DNA from: an uncultured Gemmatimonadales bacterium
Lineage (GTDB): Bacteria > Gemmatimonadota > Gemmatimonadetes > Longimicrobiales > RSA9
Reading direction: 5' to 3'
DNA length: 64,000 nt
Assembly (NCBI GenBank): GCA_963708135.1
Contig: OY970192.1
Span: 2,240,001 to 2,304,000, forward strand
This document shows, in pieces, positions 1 through 8,818 of the stretch. How positions within the stretch are numbered: the first letter of the stretch is position 1; every line of letters begins with the position of its first letter. The position numbers and the translations under genes are program-made. A model generated the notes under the pieces. That model was not told where the DNA came from. It saw nothing but the letters and a program-made list of their open reading frames with translations, and searched no databases.

Positions 1-1502
1 CTGCGCACGATCTGGAGCTCCTCATCGAGCGAGACGAAGCCGCCGTCGGAGCGCTTCAGCACGGCACGGAGCAGCCCGGTGAGCCGCAGCAACGTGTCCA
101 GCGCCCGGTCCGGCGCCTCGCGGATCAGGTGCCCGATCGTGGTGAGGGTGTTGAAGAGGAAGTGTGGATTGAGCTGGGCCCGCAGCGCGCGCAGCTCCGC
201 CTCGGTGGCGAGCTGCAGGATCTCGCGCTCGCGCCGGTCGCGGGCGTAGCGCTCCTCGGCGACGCGAACGGCGTCGATGCGGCGGCCCGCCAGGTTGGCT
301 ACCGCCTCGAGCACGAGCAGGTCGTCGGAAAGGAAGCGGCGGCCCTCGTTCAGCTGGCTCACGGTCACGCGGAACGAGGGCGGGTCGGCCGTCGGGATCC
401 ATACGGTCGCCTCCCGGCCGCGTGCGGCGGCCGGCACGGTGGCCAGGCGACGGGCGCGCGGCGGCGGCTCCGTCGCCTCGCTCCAGGAGGCGTGGCTGGC
501 GGAGAAGGTCTCGGCCACCCCGGCGCACACGGTGTCCAGGACCTCGGCCGGCGTGGCCAGGGCATCGATCGCCTCGCTCACGCGGCCCACGGTCTGACGA
601 TAGTCGGTGCGCCGCAGCACGACGCGGTCCACGAAGCGGGTGATCCAGTCACGCAGCACCGGATAGGCCAGGGCGGTCAGGATCCAGAGCGCGAGCAGCA
701 GCGCGACGAGGCGGGGCCGGTCGGGATCGCGTGCCAGGTACGGCTCCAGCAGGGGCGCGCCCAGCCAGGTGTAGAGGAAGAGCGAGAGCGCCACGAGCGC
801 GAGCAGCGTGAGTACCCGCTTGAGGAAGAGGTCCGCGAGCGCGAAGCGGAAGTCCTGGTACAGGATCACGACCGCCAGCGGCAGCGAGAGGTGGTGCCCG
901 AGCAGCTCCATGAGCAGCGTGTCGGTCCCCACCTCGTGCCGACTCAGGTGCAGCGCCATCACCGCGAAGGCCGCCAGCGCCACGGCGGTCAGCACCTTCC
1001 GGGAGCGCGGCTCGTGCGGCCGCGTCATGAGCAGGATCCCCACGATCACGACGTATCCCACGCTCAGCAGCAGGAGTGCACCGCGCGCGGGCGGCGCCGC
1101 CTGCTCGAGCGCGGTGAGGATCTGCTGGGTGGCCGCCACGGCGCTCAGCGCGTAGGAGGCGGCGGCGAGCAGCCGCCCGGAGCGCGTCCACCCGCGCGAG
1201 GCCAGCGACGCGTGCACCACCACGGCCGGCAGAAAGCCGAGCGCCGAGAAGGCGACGGCGCCCAGCCACGGCTCCGGCCGCAGCAATCCGAGATCCCGGC
1301 CGCCGTAGAGGACCAGCGCTCCGCTGTTCCAGACCAGCCCCAGGACCGACGTGGCGAGCGGGATCCGGTCGCTCCGCCGCTCCTCTGGCGGACGCGGCCG
1401 GCCGGGCAGGCGCAGCGTCATGGCGCCCAGCATGGCGTAGAGAACCACGCCGGCCACGAAGCCGAGGAGGTGAACGAGCACGCCGAGGTCCTGCGGCGTC
1501 AT
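1..1502 (-). CDS. LytS/YehU-family membrane sensor histidine kinase (3' end runs off the window)
   Basis: Manual translation from ATG at 1502 (MTPQDLGVLVHLLGF...) gives several hydrophobic helices, then the LytS H-box ELRALRAQLNPHFLFNTL and ...FVSLDEELQIVR at the window edge. Absent from the ORF track because it is truncated. Confidence 0.9.
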   Translation of the reverse strand, partial: MTPQDLGVLVHLLGFVAGVVLYAMLGAMTLRLPGRPRPPEERRSDRIPLATSVLGLVWNSGALVLYGGRDLGLLRPEPWLGAVAFSALGFLPAVVVHASLASRGWTRSGRLLAAASYALSAVAATQQILTALEQAAPPARGALLLLSVGYVVIVGILLMTRPHEPRSRKVLTAVALAAFAVMALHLSRHEVGTDTLLMELLGHHLSLPLAVVILYQDFRFALADLFLKRVLTLLALVALSLFLYTWLGAPLLEPYLARDPDRPRLVALLLALWILTALAYPVLRDWITRFVDRVVLRRTDYRQTVGRVSEAIDALATPAEVLDTVCAGVAETFSASHASWSEATEPPPRARRLATVPAAARGREATVWIPTADPPSFRVTVSQLNEGRRFLSDDLLVLEAVANLAGRRIDAVRVAEERYARDRREREILQLATEAELRALRAQLNPHFLFNTLTTIGHLIREAPDRALDTLLRLTGLLRAVLKRSDGGFVSLDEELQIVR

Positions 1503-1548
1503 CTGGCGCTGGACTCCCGGGAGACAGACGCGAGCGGAAACCCGCTGC

Positions 1549-1578
1549 AGCATACGGCCCCCGGCGGCGGGCCGGCAA
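1549..1578 (-). promoter_or_regulatory. Putative sigma70 promoter of the LytS-type kinase
   Basis: Minus strand TTGCCG-N18-TATGCT, about 47 bp upstream of the ATG. Confidence 0.45.
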
Positions 1579-1587
1579 TCAGGCGTC

Positions 1588-1639
1588 GGCGAATGGTCGC
1601 AACCGGGGGGTGAACGGCGCCGCCGGGTTGACGAATCGC
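1588..1639 (-). promoter_or_regulatory. Three LytTR-type direct repeats at a 21-bp period
   Basis: Minus strand GCGATTCGTC, GCCGTTCACC, ACCATTCGCC at 1630-1639, 1609-1618 and 1588-1597. They resemble the AlgR box ACCGTTCGTC. Confidence 0.65.
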
Positions 1640-1703
1640 ATCCGGACCTGTATGCATTGCCCGTCTCCACACGCAACAAGACGTCCAATCCAGCTCGGGA
1701 ACC

Positions 1704-2078
1704 ATGCGCGGACGGACGAGTAACAGGGGCGTGCCAGCCTGCCTTCGTCGTCGCCTCCCGGCCCGATTCGCGGCCGCGGCGCTGCTCGCGCTCGTCGTGC
1801 AGCTGGGGCTGTCCGTTCTCGCGCCGATCGCGGACGCGCACGAGCCGCGGAATCTGCCGGTTCACGTCGAGCGGCCGGGCCGGCACCACATGGCGCACAA
1901 TCCCGAGATGTGCGCCTTCTGCATCGCCATTCAGGCGGGCGGCGTGCCCGCGCACGTGCAGCGGGCGCCGCTCCCGCGCGTCGTGCAGCGCGCGGTGTCT
2001 CCGCCCCAGGTCCCGGCCTCCCACACCAACACCCGCTTCTCCGTCAGCGCCGCGCGCGCACCGCCCTCCTCCGCCTGA
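1704..2078 (+). CDS. DUF2946/CruR/CutF-like leader protein (signal peptide, His-rich CxxC, C-terminal RAPP)
   Basis: Basic n-region, hydrophobic h-region, ADA|H cleavage site; RHHMAHNPEMCAFC; ends ARAPPSSA*. The start could instead be the GTG at 1731. Confidence 0.75.
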   Translation: MRGRTSNRGVPACLRRRLPARFAAAALLALVVQLGLSVLAPIADAHEPRNLPVHVERPGRHHMAHNPEMCAFCIAIQAGGVPAHVQRAPLPRVVQRAVSPPQVPASHTNTRFSVSAARAPPSSA

Positions 2079-2250
2079 GGACCATCCGGTCCTCGCACCG
2101 GCAGCACCGGCAGCAACGCATCCGACAACAGAAGGGACGGCGCACGCGAAGGCGCGTGCTCACCCCTGCGCAGGTCGCGCGCGCGTTTCCGCACATACGT
2201 GGCGGGCGTGCGCGGCCGCGCCGCAACCCGACACGGAAGACGGGACCCAC

Positions 2251-3543
2251 ATGCTCAGCACAGCCATCACGGCGCTCGCCTGCCTGTGTGCCGGCGGCCA
2301 GCTCGCGGCGACGGGAGGCGCCGTGCAGGACACGGCGGGCGTCCTCTCGCTGACGCGGGCCGAGGCCGTCCAGCGGGCGCTCGCGCACAATCCACAGCTC
2401 GAGGCGGCGCGCCAGCAGGTGGCGCAGGTCCGCGCGCAGGGGACGCAGCTGGTGGCGCTCCCCGACCCCGCACTCTCCGGCAGCTACGACGACGAGACGC
2501 GCGTGTTCCAGCTCGGTGGCTCGCATTCGCACACGCTGGGGCTCGGCTGGACGCTGCCCTTCCCCGCGAAGCTGCGCGAGCGCTACCGCATGGCGGGCGC
2601 GGACACGAAGGCGGCGCAGTTCGGGCTGGAGCAGGCGCGGCAGCTCGTGGCCGCGCAGGCGGCGCAGGACTATGACGCGCTGCTCGTGGCGGAGCGCCAC
2701 TCGCGGGACCTGACCGAGGCGCTCGCGGCCGCGCAGGACTTCGTCAAGCGCACGCAGGCGCGCTTCCAGGCGGGCACGGCGGCCAAGCTGGACGTGATCA
2801 AGGCGCAGGTGGACGCCTCGCAGGTGCAGACGGACCTCATCTCGAGCGAGCGCGACATCTCCAACGCGCGCGCGGCGCTGAATCACGTTCTGGGGCGGGC
2901 CGTCGGGCTGCCGCTGGCCGCCGCGGACACGCTGGCCACCCCCGCGGCGCTGCCGTCGCTGGAGGATCTCCGGGCACGGGCGCACGCCGCGCGACCCGAG
3001 GTCGGCGCGCTGCTCGAGCAGCGGCGGAGTGCGCACGCGGCGAAGACGCTGGCAAGGGAGTACTGGCTGCCGGACCTGGACGTGGGCGTCGAGGGCAGCG
3101 GCTCGCCGGGCGCGCCGAACTCGTTCTCGACCGGCTTCGGCATCTCCTTCCCGCTCTTCTTCTGGCAGCACCAGCGCGGCGAGGTGGCGGAGGCGGGGCA
3201 TCGGGAGCTGGAGCTGGAGGCCGACGCGCGGGACCTGTCCGCGCAGATCGAGCAGGAGGTGCGCTCCTCGTACGCGGACGCGAGCACCGCGCTGCGCCAG
3301 GTCGACTACATCGGGACCCAACTCCTCCCCGCCGCGCGCGAGGCGTACCGCATCGCCACGGTGAGCTACGGCCTGGGTGGCGCCTCCGCGCTGGAGGTGC
3401 TGGATGCCAAGCGCGCGATGCTGGACGCCGAGAGCCAGTACGCCGACGCGCTGGGCGCCGCGAACGACGCCGTATCCCAGCTGGAGCTCGCCGTGGGCGG
3501 GCCCCTCGAGCAGACTTCCTCAGGAGACCGCTCCCATGATTAG
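2251..3543 (+). CDS. czcC: TolC/CzcC-family outer membrane efflux protein
   Basis: OEP repeat pattern (LTRAEAVQRALAHNPQL; RFQAGTAAKLDVIKAQ; YGLGGASALEVLDA). First gene of a C-B-A operon. Confidence 0.88.
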   Translation: MLSTAITALACLCAGGQLAATGGAVQDTAGVLSLTRAEAVQRALAHNPQLEAARQQVAQVRAQGTQLVALPDPALSGSYDDETRVFQLGGSHSHTLGLGWTLPFPAKLRERYRMAGADTKAAQFGLEQARQLVAAQAAQDYDALLVAERHSRDLTEALAAAQDFVKRTQARFQAGTAAKLDVIKAQVDASQVQTDLISSERDISNARAALNHVLGRAVGLPLAAADTLATPAALPSLEDLRARAHAARPEVGALLEQRRSAHAAKTLAREYWLPDLDVGVEGSGSPGAPNSFSTGFGISFPLFFWQHQRGEVAEAGHRELELEADARDLSAQIEQEVRSSYADASTALRQVDYIGTQLLPAAREAYRIATVSYGLGGASALEVLDAKRAMLDAESQYADALGAANDAVSQLELAVGGPLEQTSSGDRSHD

Positions 3544-4672
3544 CAAGAGCGCGCTCGCCGTGGCGGCCGCCTCCGCCCTGCTCGTGGCCGCGGGCTGCGG
3601 CGGCACGCCCGAGACGGATGCCGCCGTGGCAGCGCCGGACACCATGAGCCTCGTGCTGCCGAAGGAGCAGCAGGCGCGGGTGAAGTCGGAGGTCGTGCAG
3701 CCGGTGAGCTACCGCGCGACGATCGAGACCACGGGCAACGTCGCCTTCGATGGCGACCAGTCCACCTCGGTGCTGGCCCCGATCTCGGGCCCTGTCACCC
3801 GCGTCCTGGTCGAGCCCGGCGCGCGGGTCCGCGCCAGCCAGCCGCTGGCCTACGTTTCCTCGCCCGACTTCGCCGCGGCGGTGGCGGACTACCGCAAGGC
3901 CATTGCGCAGGCGCGCAACGCCAGGCGCATCGCGGACCAGGACGAGCAGCTGTTCAAGAACGACGCGATCGCGCACCGGGACGTGGAGCAGGCGCAGACG
4001 GACGCACTGGCGGCGCAGGCGGACGTCGAGGCGGCGGCGCAGCAGCTCCGCTCGCTCGGCATCGACCCCGACAGCGCAATGGCCGGGAGTGGCAGCGGTC
4101 AGGCGCTGCAGGGTGTGATCCGGGCGCCGCTCTCCGGCACGCTGGTCGAGCGGCTCATCACGCCGGGGCAGCTCCTGCAGGCGGGGGCCACGCCATGCTT
4201 CACCATTGCCGACCTGTCGAAGGTGTGGGTGATGGCCAACGTCTTCACGACGGACCTGGCGCACGTGGGCGTGGGCGACCGCGCGGACATCACCACGGCG
4301 GCCTCGCCCGATACGTTCCCGGGTACGATCGACTACGTGGCCGCGCTCGTGGATCCCGCCACGAAGGCGACGTCGGTGCGCATCGTCGCCGCGAACCCCG
4401 GCCATCTGCTGCGCAAGGACATGTACGTCACGGTGGGGATCCGCTCGCGGGCCACGGATCGGGGGCTGCTCATCCCGGTCTCGTCGGTGCTGCGCGATGA
4501 CGACAATCAGCCGTTCGTCTTCCTGGACCAGGGCGGTGGACACTACCTCCGTCGCGACATCGTGCTCGGCGCGCGCGTCGGCGCGCGCTACCCGGTCGCG
4601 GCGGGGCTCAACGCGGGTGACCGCATCGTCAGCGAGGGCGGGCTGTTCCTGCAGTTCGCGCAGAGCCAGTGA
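3536..4672 (+). CDS. czcB: RND periplasmic adaptor (CzcB/CusB-like), lipoprotein
   Basis: Lipobox-like LVAAGC; biotinyl-like APISGPVTRV and IRAPLSG; FTIADLSKVWVMANV. Overlaps both neighbours. Confidence 0.9.
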   Translation: MISKSALAVAAASALLVAAGCGGTPETDAAVAAPDTMSLVLPKEQQARVKSEVVQPVSYRATIETTGNVAFDGDQSTSVLAPISGPVTRVLVEPGARVRASQPLAYVSSPDFAAAVADYRKAIAQARNARRIADQDEQLFKNDAIAHRDVEQAQTDALAAQADVEAAAQQLRSLGIDPDSAMAGSGSGQALQGVIRAPLSGTLVERLITPGQLLQAGATPCFTIADLSKVWVMANVFTTDLAHVGVGDRADITTAASPDTFPGTIDYVAALVDPATKATSVRIVAANPGHLLRKDMYVTVGIRSRATDRGLLIPVSSVLRDDDNQPFVFLDQGGGHYLRRDIVLGARVGARYPVAAGLNAGDRIVSEGGLFLQFAQSQ

Positions 4673-7600
4673 GCGGCCATGCCGTGCTGCCGCCGGCGGA
4701 GCTGGCGGAGCAGGAGGAGCTGCAGGCGGAGAAGGAGGCTTCGTTCGTCAACCGCATCGTGCGCACCGCGCTCGACCAGCCGGTGCTCGTGGTGCTACTC
4801 GCGGCGCTGCTGACGGGCGCGGGGCTCTGGTCGCTCACGCGGCTGCCGGTGGACGCCTACCCGGACCTGTCCCCGCCGCTCGTGGAGATCACAACGCAGT
4901 GGCCCGGCCACGCGGCGGAGGAGGTCGAGCGGCTGATCACGGTGCCGCTCGAGGTCGAGATGAACGGGCTGCCGGGGCTCAAGGTGATCCGCTCGGTCTC
5001 GCTCTACGGGCTGTCCAGCATCCGGCTCACGTTCACGGACGCCACGGACAGCTACTTCGCGCGCCAGCAGGCCTTCGAGCGGCTACCGGATGCCGAGCTG
5101 CCGGACGGCGTCAGCCCCGGCATCGACCCGCTCTTCTCGCCGTCCGGACTCGTCTACCGCTACGTGCTCGACTCGCCCGACCGCTCGCCGATGCAGCTGA
5201 AGAACCTGAACGACTGGGTCATCGGCCGCGCCTACAAGTCCGTGCCCGGCGTCGCGGACGAGTCCGGACTGGGCGGCGAGACCATGCAGTATCAGGTGCT
5301 GCTCGACCCGGCGCGCGTGGCCGGCGCCGGCCTCACCGTCCAGAACGTCATGGACGCGCTCGGCGCCAACAACTCGAACGCCGGCGGCGGCTTCTACTCC
5401 GAGGGCGGGCAGTTCTTTTACGTGCGCGGACTCGGACGGCTCAAGACGCTGGAGGACATCGGCAACGTCGTCGTCTCCGTCCACGATGGCATCCCCGTCC
5501 TGGTGAAGGACGTCGGCCGGATCGTCGTGGGGCACGCCCCCCGCCTCGGCCAGTTCGGCTTCAACGACCGCGACGACGCCGTGGAAGGCGTCATCCTCAT
5601 GCGCAAGGGCGAGCAGACGCAGACGGTGCTCAAGGGCGTCGAGGCCAGGACCCGCCTGCTGAACGAGAAGATCCTGCCGAAGGACGTGCGGATCCATCCG
5701 TTCTACGACCGCAGCGACCTGGTCAAGCTGACCGAGCACACCGTGGCGGACAACCTGCTGCGCGGGATCCTGCTCGTCCTCGTGGTGCTGGTCTTCTTCC
5801 TCTGGGACATCCGCTCGGGGCTGATCGTCACGGCGGCCATCCCGGGAGCGCTGCTCTTCGCCTTCATCTTCCTGGACCTGCGCCACATTCCGGCCAACCT
5901 CCTCTCCATCGGCGCCATCGACTTCGGCATCCTGGTCGATGGCGCGGTGTTCATGGTGGAGAACATCTTCCGCCAGCTCGCGGCGCGCGAGGGCACGGAC
6001 TACGACATCCGCCACGTCATCGCCGCCGCCGCCGCGGAGGTCGACCGGCCGATCCTCTACTCGATCGCCGTCATCGTGGCCGGCTTCCTGCCGATCTACG
6101 TGCTCTCCGGCCCGTCCGGGCGGCTGTTCAAGCCAATGGCGGACACGACCATCTTCGCCCTCATCGGCGCGCTGCTGGTCACGCTGACCGTGCTGCCGGT
6201 GCTCTGCTCGCTGCTCATGCGTGGCGGCGTGCGGGAACGGGTGAACCCGGCGTTCGAGTGGTCCAAGCGCCAGTATGCGCGCGGGCTCCAGTGGTCGCTC
6301 GCCCGGCCGTGGCCGGTGGTGATCGGCTCGACGGCGATCTTCGTGGCCTCGCTCCTCCTGCTCCGCGTGATCGGCGCCGAGTTCATGCCCAAGCTGGACG
6401 AGGGTGCCCTCTGGGTGCGGGCCACCATGCCGTACACGATCAGCTTCGACGAGTCGTCGAAGATCGTGCCGCAGGTCCGCGCCATCCTGCGCTCCTTCCC
6501 CGAGGTCACCGACGTGGGGTCGGAGCACGGCCGGCCCGATGACGGGACCGACCCCACCGGCTTCTTCAACGCGGAGTTCTACGTCGGCCTGAAGCCGTAC
6601 GACCAGTGGAAGGGCCCGTATCACAAGAAGCAGCAGCTGATCGACGCCGTCGCCAGCAAGCTATCCGTCTTCCCCGGCATCACGTTCAACTTCACGCAGC
6701 CGGCCGAGGATGCGGTGGACGAGGCCGAGACGGGCCTCAAGAGCGCCCTCGACGTGAAGATCTTCGGACCGGACCTGAACGTGCTGGAGAGGAGCGCGAA
6801 GCAGGTGAAGCTGGCCATGCAGAAGGTGCCCGGCATCAATCACGTCATCGTGGTGGAGGAGCTCGGGCAGCCGTCGCTCACGATCACGCCCAACCGCGCG
6901 GCCATGGCGCGCTACGGCGTCAGCGTGGATGACATGAACAACCTGATCAATGCCGCCGTGGGCGGGGCCACGGCCACCTCCGTGCAGCAGGGCGAGCGGC
7001 TCTACGACCTGGTCGTGCGGCTCGGGCCCGAGTACCGGGGCAACCCCGACCAGATCGGCAACATCCTGGTGCCCACGCCGGACGGTCAGCAGGTGCCGCT
7101 GCACGAGCTGGCCACCCTCGACGTGTCGAGCGGCGCCAGCTTCATCTACAGGCAGGACAATGCCCGCTTCATCGGCGTGCAGTTCGCCGTCGAGGGGCGC
7201 GACCTCGCCAGCGCCGTCCAGGACGCGCAGCGCACGGTCGCGGAGGCGGTCAAGCTGCCGCCGGGCTACCGCGCGGTCTGGGGCGGCGAGTACTCGGAGT
7301 ACACGGCCTCGCGGCACCAGCTGGTGGTGGTCCTGCCGCTCACGATCCTCGCCATCTTCCTGCTGCTCTTCGCGCTCTACGGCAACTTCAAGTTCCCGTT
7401 CATCACCGTCGTCGGCGTGATCCTGTCGGCGCCCGTGGGCGGCCTCCTGGCGCTGCTCGTCACCCGCACGCCATTCTCCGTCTCCTCGGGCATCGGATTC
7501 CTCGCCCTGTTCGGCGTCTCCGTCCAGACGGCGGTGGTCTACATCTCGTACGCCAACGAGCTGCGAAAAGGAGGTTACGACATCACCCTCGCCACGGTCG

Positions 7601-7821
7601 AGGCGGCGGTCCTGCGGCTGAGGCCGATCATGATGACGGCGCTCGTGGCCGCGTTGGGGCTGCTGCCGGCCGCGCTCTCCACGGGCGTCGGCTCGGACTC
7701 GCAGCGCCCCTTCGCCATCGTGATCGTGGGCGGGCTGTTCAGCCGGCTGCTGATCAGCGTCTTCCTCATGCCCGTGCTGTATCAGATGGTCGCGCGCGAG
7801 GGAGACAGGCTTAAGGTCTGA
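4669..7821 (+). CDS. czcA: Heavy-metal efflux RND permease (CzcA/CusA family)
   Basis: 1050 aa. LPVDAYPD, AAEEVERLITVPLE, TM4 AIDFGILVDGAVFMVEN, RLRPIMMTALVA, GSDSQRPFAIV. Confidence 0.95.
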   Translation: MSGHAVLPPAELAEQEELQAEKEASFVNRIVRTALDQPVLVVLLAALLTGAGLWSLTRLPVDAYPDLSPPLVEITTQWPGHAAEEVERLITVPLEVEMNGLPGLKVIRSVSLYGLSSIRLTFTDATDSYFARQQAFERLPDAELPDGVSPGIDPLFSPSGLVYRYVLDSPDRSPMQLKNLNDWVIGRAYKSVPGVADESGLGGETMQYQVLLDPARVAGAGLTVQNVMDALGANNSNAGGGFYSEGGQFFYVRGLGRLKTLEDIGNVVVSVHDGIPVLVKDVGRIVVGHAPRLGQFGFNDRDDAVEGVILMRKGEQTQTVLKGVEARTRLLNEKILPKDVRIHPFYDRSDLVKLTEHTVADNLLRGILLVLVVLVFFLWDIRSGLIVTAAIPGALLFAFIFLDLRHIPANLLSIGAIDFGILVDGAVFMVENIFRQLAAREGTDYDIRHVIAAAAAEVDRPILYSIAVIVAGFLPIYVLSGPSGRLFKPMADTTIFALIGALLVTLTVLPVLCSLLMRGGVRERVNPAFEWSKRQYARGLQWSLARPWPVVIGSTAIFVASLLLLRVIGAEFMPKLDEGALWVRATMPYTISFDESSKIVPQVRAILRSFPEVTDVGSEHGRPDDGTDPTGFFNAEFYVGLKPYDQWKGPYHKKQQLIDAVASKLSVFPGITFNFTQPAEDAVDEAETGLKSALDVKIFGPDLNVLERSAKQVKLAMQKVPGINHVIVVEELGQPSLTITPNRAAMARYGVSVDDMNNLINAAVGGATATSVQQGERLYDLVVRLGPEYRGNPDQIGNILVPTPDGQQVPLHELATLDVSSGASFIYRQDNARFIGVQFAVEGRDLASAVQDAQRTVAEAVKLPPGYRAVWGGEYSEYTASRHQLVVVLPLTILAIFLLLFALYGNFKFPFITVVGVILSAPVGGLLALLVTRTPFSVSSGIGFLALFGVSVQTAVVYISYANELRKGGYDITLATVEAAVLRLRPIMMTALVAALGLLPAALSTGVGSDSQRPFAIVIVGGLFSRLLISVFLMPVLYQMVAREGDRLKV

Positions 7822-7914
7822 GGCCGGCCCGCCTTCGGGCGCCGACTGGCGGGGCGGCGCAGCGAGCGGCGCCGCGCGCGAAGACGGGCCGGGCCGTCCG
7901 CGCCGGCCGCACGC

Positions 7915-8415
7915 TCAGCCGCGCTCGGCCCTGATCACGCTGATCTGGCCATCCGGCTCGAGGTACGCCTCCTCGACCTGGTCCAGGGAATTCACCCCGT
8001 GCAGCCGCAGCTGCTCCCTGACCTGCTGTCGCGTCAGGAACTCGCTGGCGAGGTTCTCGTAGAGGATCCGGCCGTCCGCCACGATCAGCTTCGGCCGCGC
8101 GCGCAGCAGCCGCCGGAAGAGGCGGCTCCTGAAGGCGAGGAAGTTCAGGAACCAGTTCCAGAAGATGAGCACCGCCGCCGCAACGAGCGCGTCACCCACC
8201 GTGTTGAAGTTGCCGACGAGTCCCCGCCGCACCGTGCTGGCCAGCAGCACCAGGACCAGCATGTCCGAGACCCCGATCCGCCCCGCCTCCCGGCGCAGGA
8301 TCGTGCGGAAGACGAGGTAGAGGAGCAGATAGATGAACGACACCCGCACGATGTGCTCGAGCAGGGGCTCACGCGGCCAGAAGAAGCTCGCCCAGTCGTG
8401 CGGGATGATCGGCAT
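7915..8415 (-). CDS. DUF421/YetF-family membrane protein
   Basis: Three TM helices, RREAGRI..SD motif, and P.LIVADGRI...LRLHGV..L.QVEEAYLEPDGQISVI. ATG at 8415 follows GGAGG. Confidence 0.88.
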   Translation of the reverse strand: MPIIPHDWASFFWPREPLLEHIVRVSFIYLLLYLVFRTILRREAGRIGVSDMLVLVLLASTVRRGLVGNFNTVGDALVAAAVLIFWNWFLNFLAFRSRLFRRLLRARPKLIVADGRILYENLASEFLTRQQVREQLRLHGVNSLDQVEEAYLEPDGQISVIRAERG

Positions 8416-8481
8416 ACGCCTCCGTTTCTCTGCGCTGCCGCCGTGGGAATGAAGGAATTGTGCCGCGGGGCGAGGCGGGGT

Positions 8482-8800
8482 TGGGAGAGTGGGAGAGTGG
8501 GAGACCGGGCGACGTTCGCGGGGGCCGCTGCTCACCGGGCCATCCGGCTGCCGGGCGTCGCTTTTCCGGGCGGTGCCCGCTCGCCGACGCGGCGCGAACC
8601 CGCGCTGGGTGGGGGACCGGCGGGGGCGGGACCGGCGCGGCGCGGAACCGGCGCGGCGCGGGAACGCCCGGCGCGGGACCGGCACGGCGCGGGACCGGCG
8701 GGACGCGGCACCGGCGCGGCGCGGGAACGGCGCTGCGCCCGGCACCGGTCCGGGCCCGCGACGCCCGCCGCATCCCCCACTCTCCCACTCCCCCACTCTC
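8482..8800. repeat. Composite intergenic repeat: inverted octamer arms around a 16-bp tandem array
   Basis: (TGGGAGAG)x~3 at 8482-8504 and its reverse complement CYCCCACT x~3 at 8774-8800. About 8 degenerate copies of GGGACCGGCGCGGCGC at 8613-8738. Confidence 0.8.
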
Positions 8801-8818
8801 GCGCCGCAGGCGCCCGCC

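Noticed and set aside
129..1613. 494-aa plus-strand ORF, and the many similar long Arg/Ala/Gly/Pro-rich ORFs in the track (e.g. 32247-35630, 8489-10684, 62381-63865)
   Set aside because: They are antisense or off-frame shadows of motif-supported genes, expected in very GC-rich DNA, and carry no recognisable motifs.
8449..8466. sigma54-like motif upstream of the DUF421 gene (CGGCACA-ATTC-CTTC)
   Set aside because: The -24 half fits but the -12 GC is replaced by TC.
8613..8738. Possible CRISPR array
   Set aside because: Contiguous 15-16-bp units without unique spacers, and no cas genes. The same applies to 17531-17606.
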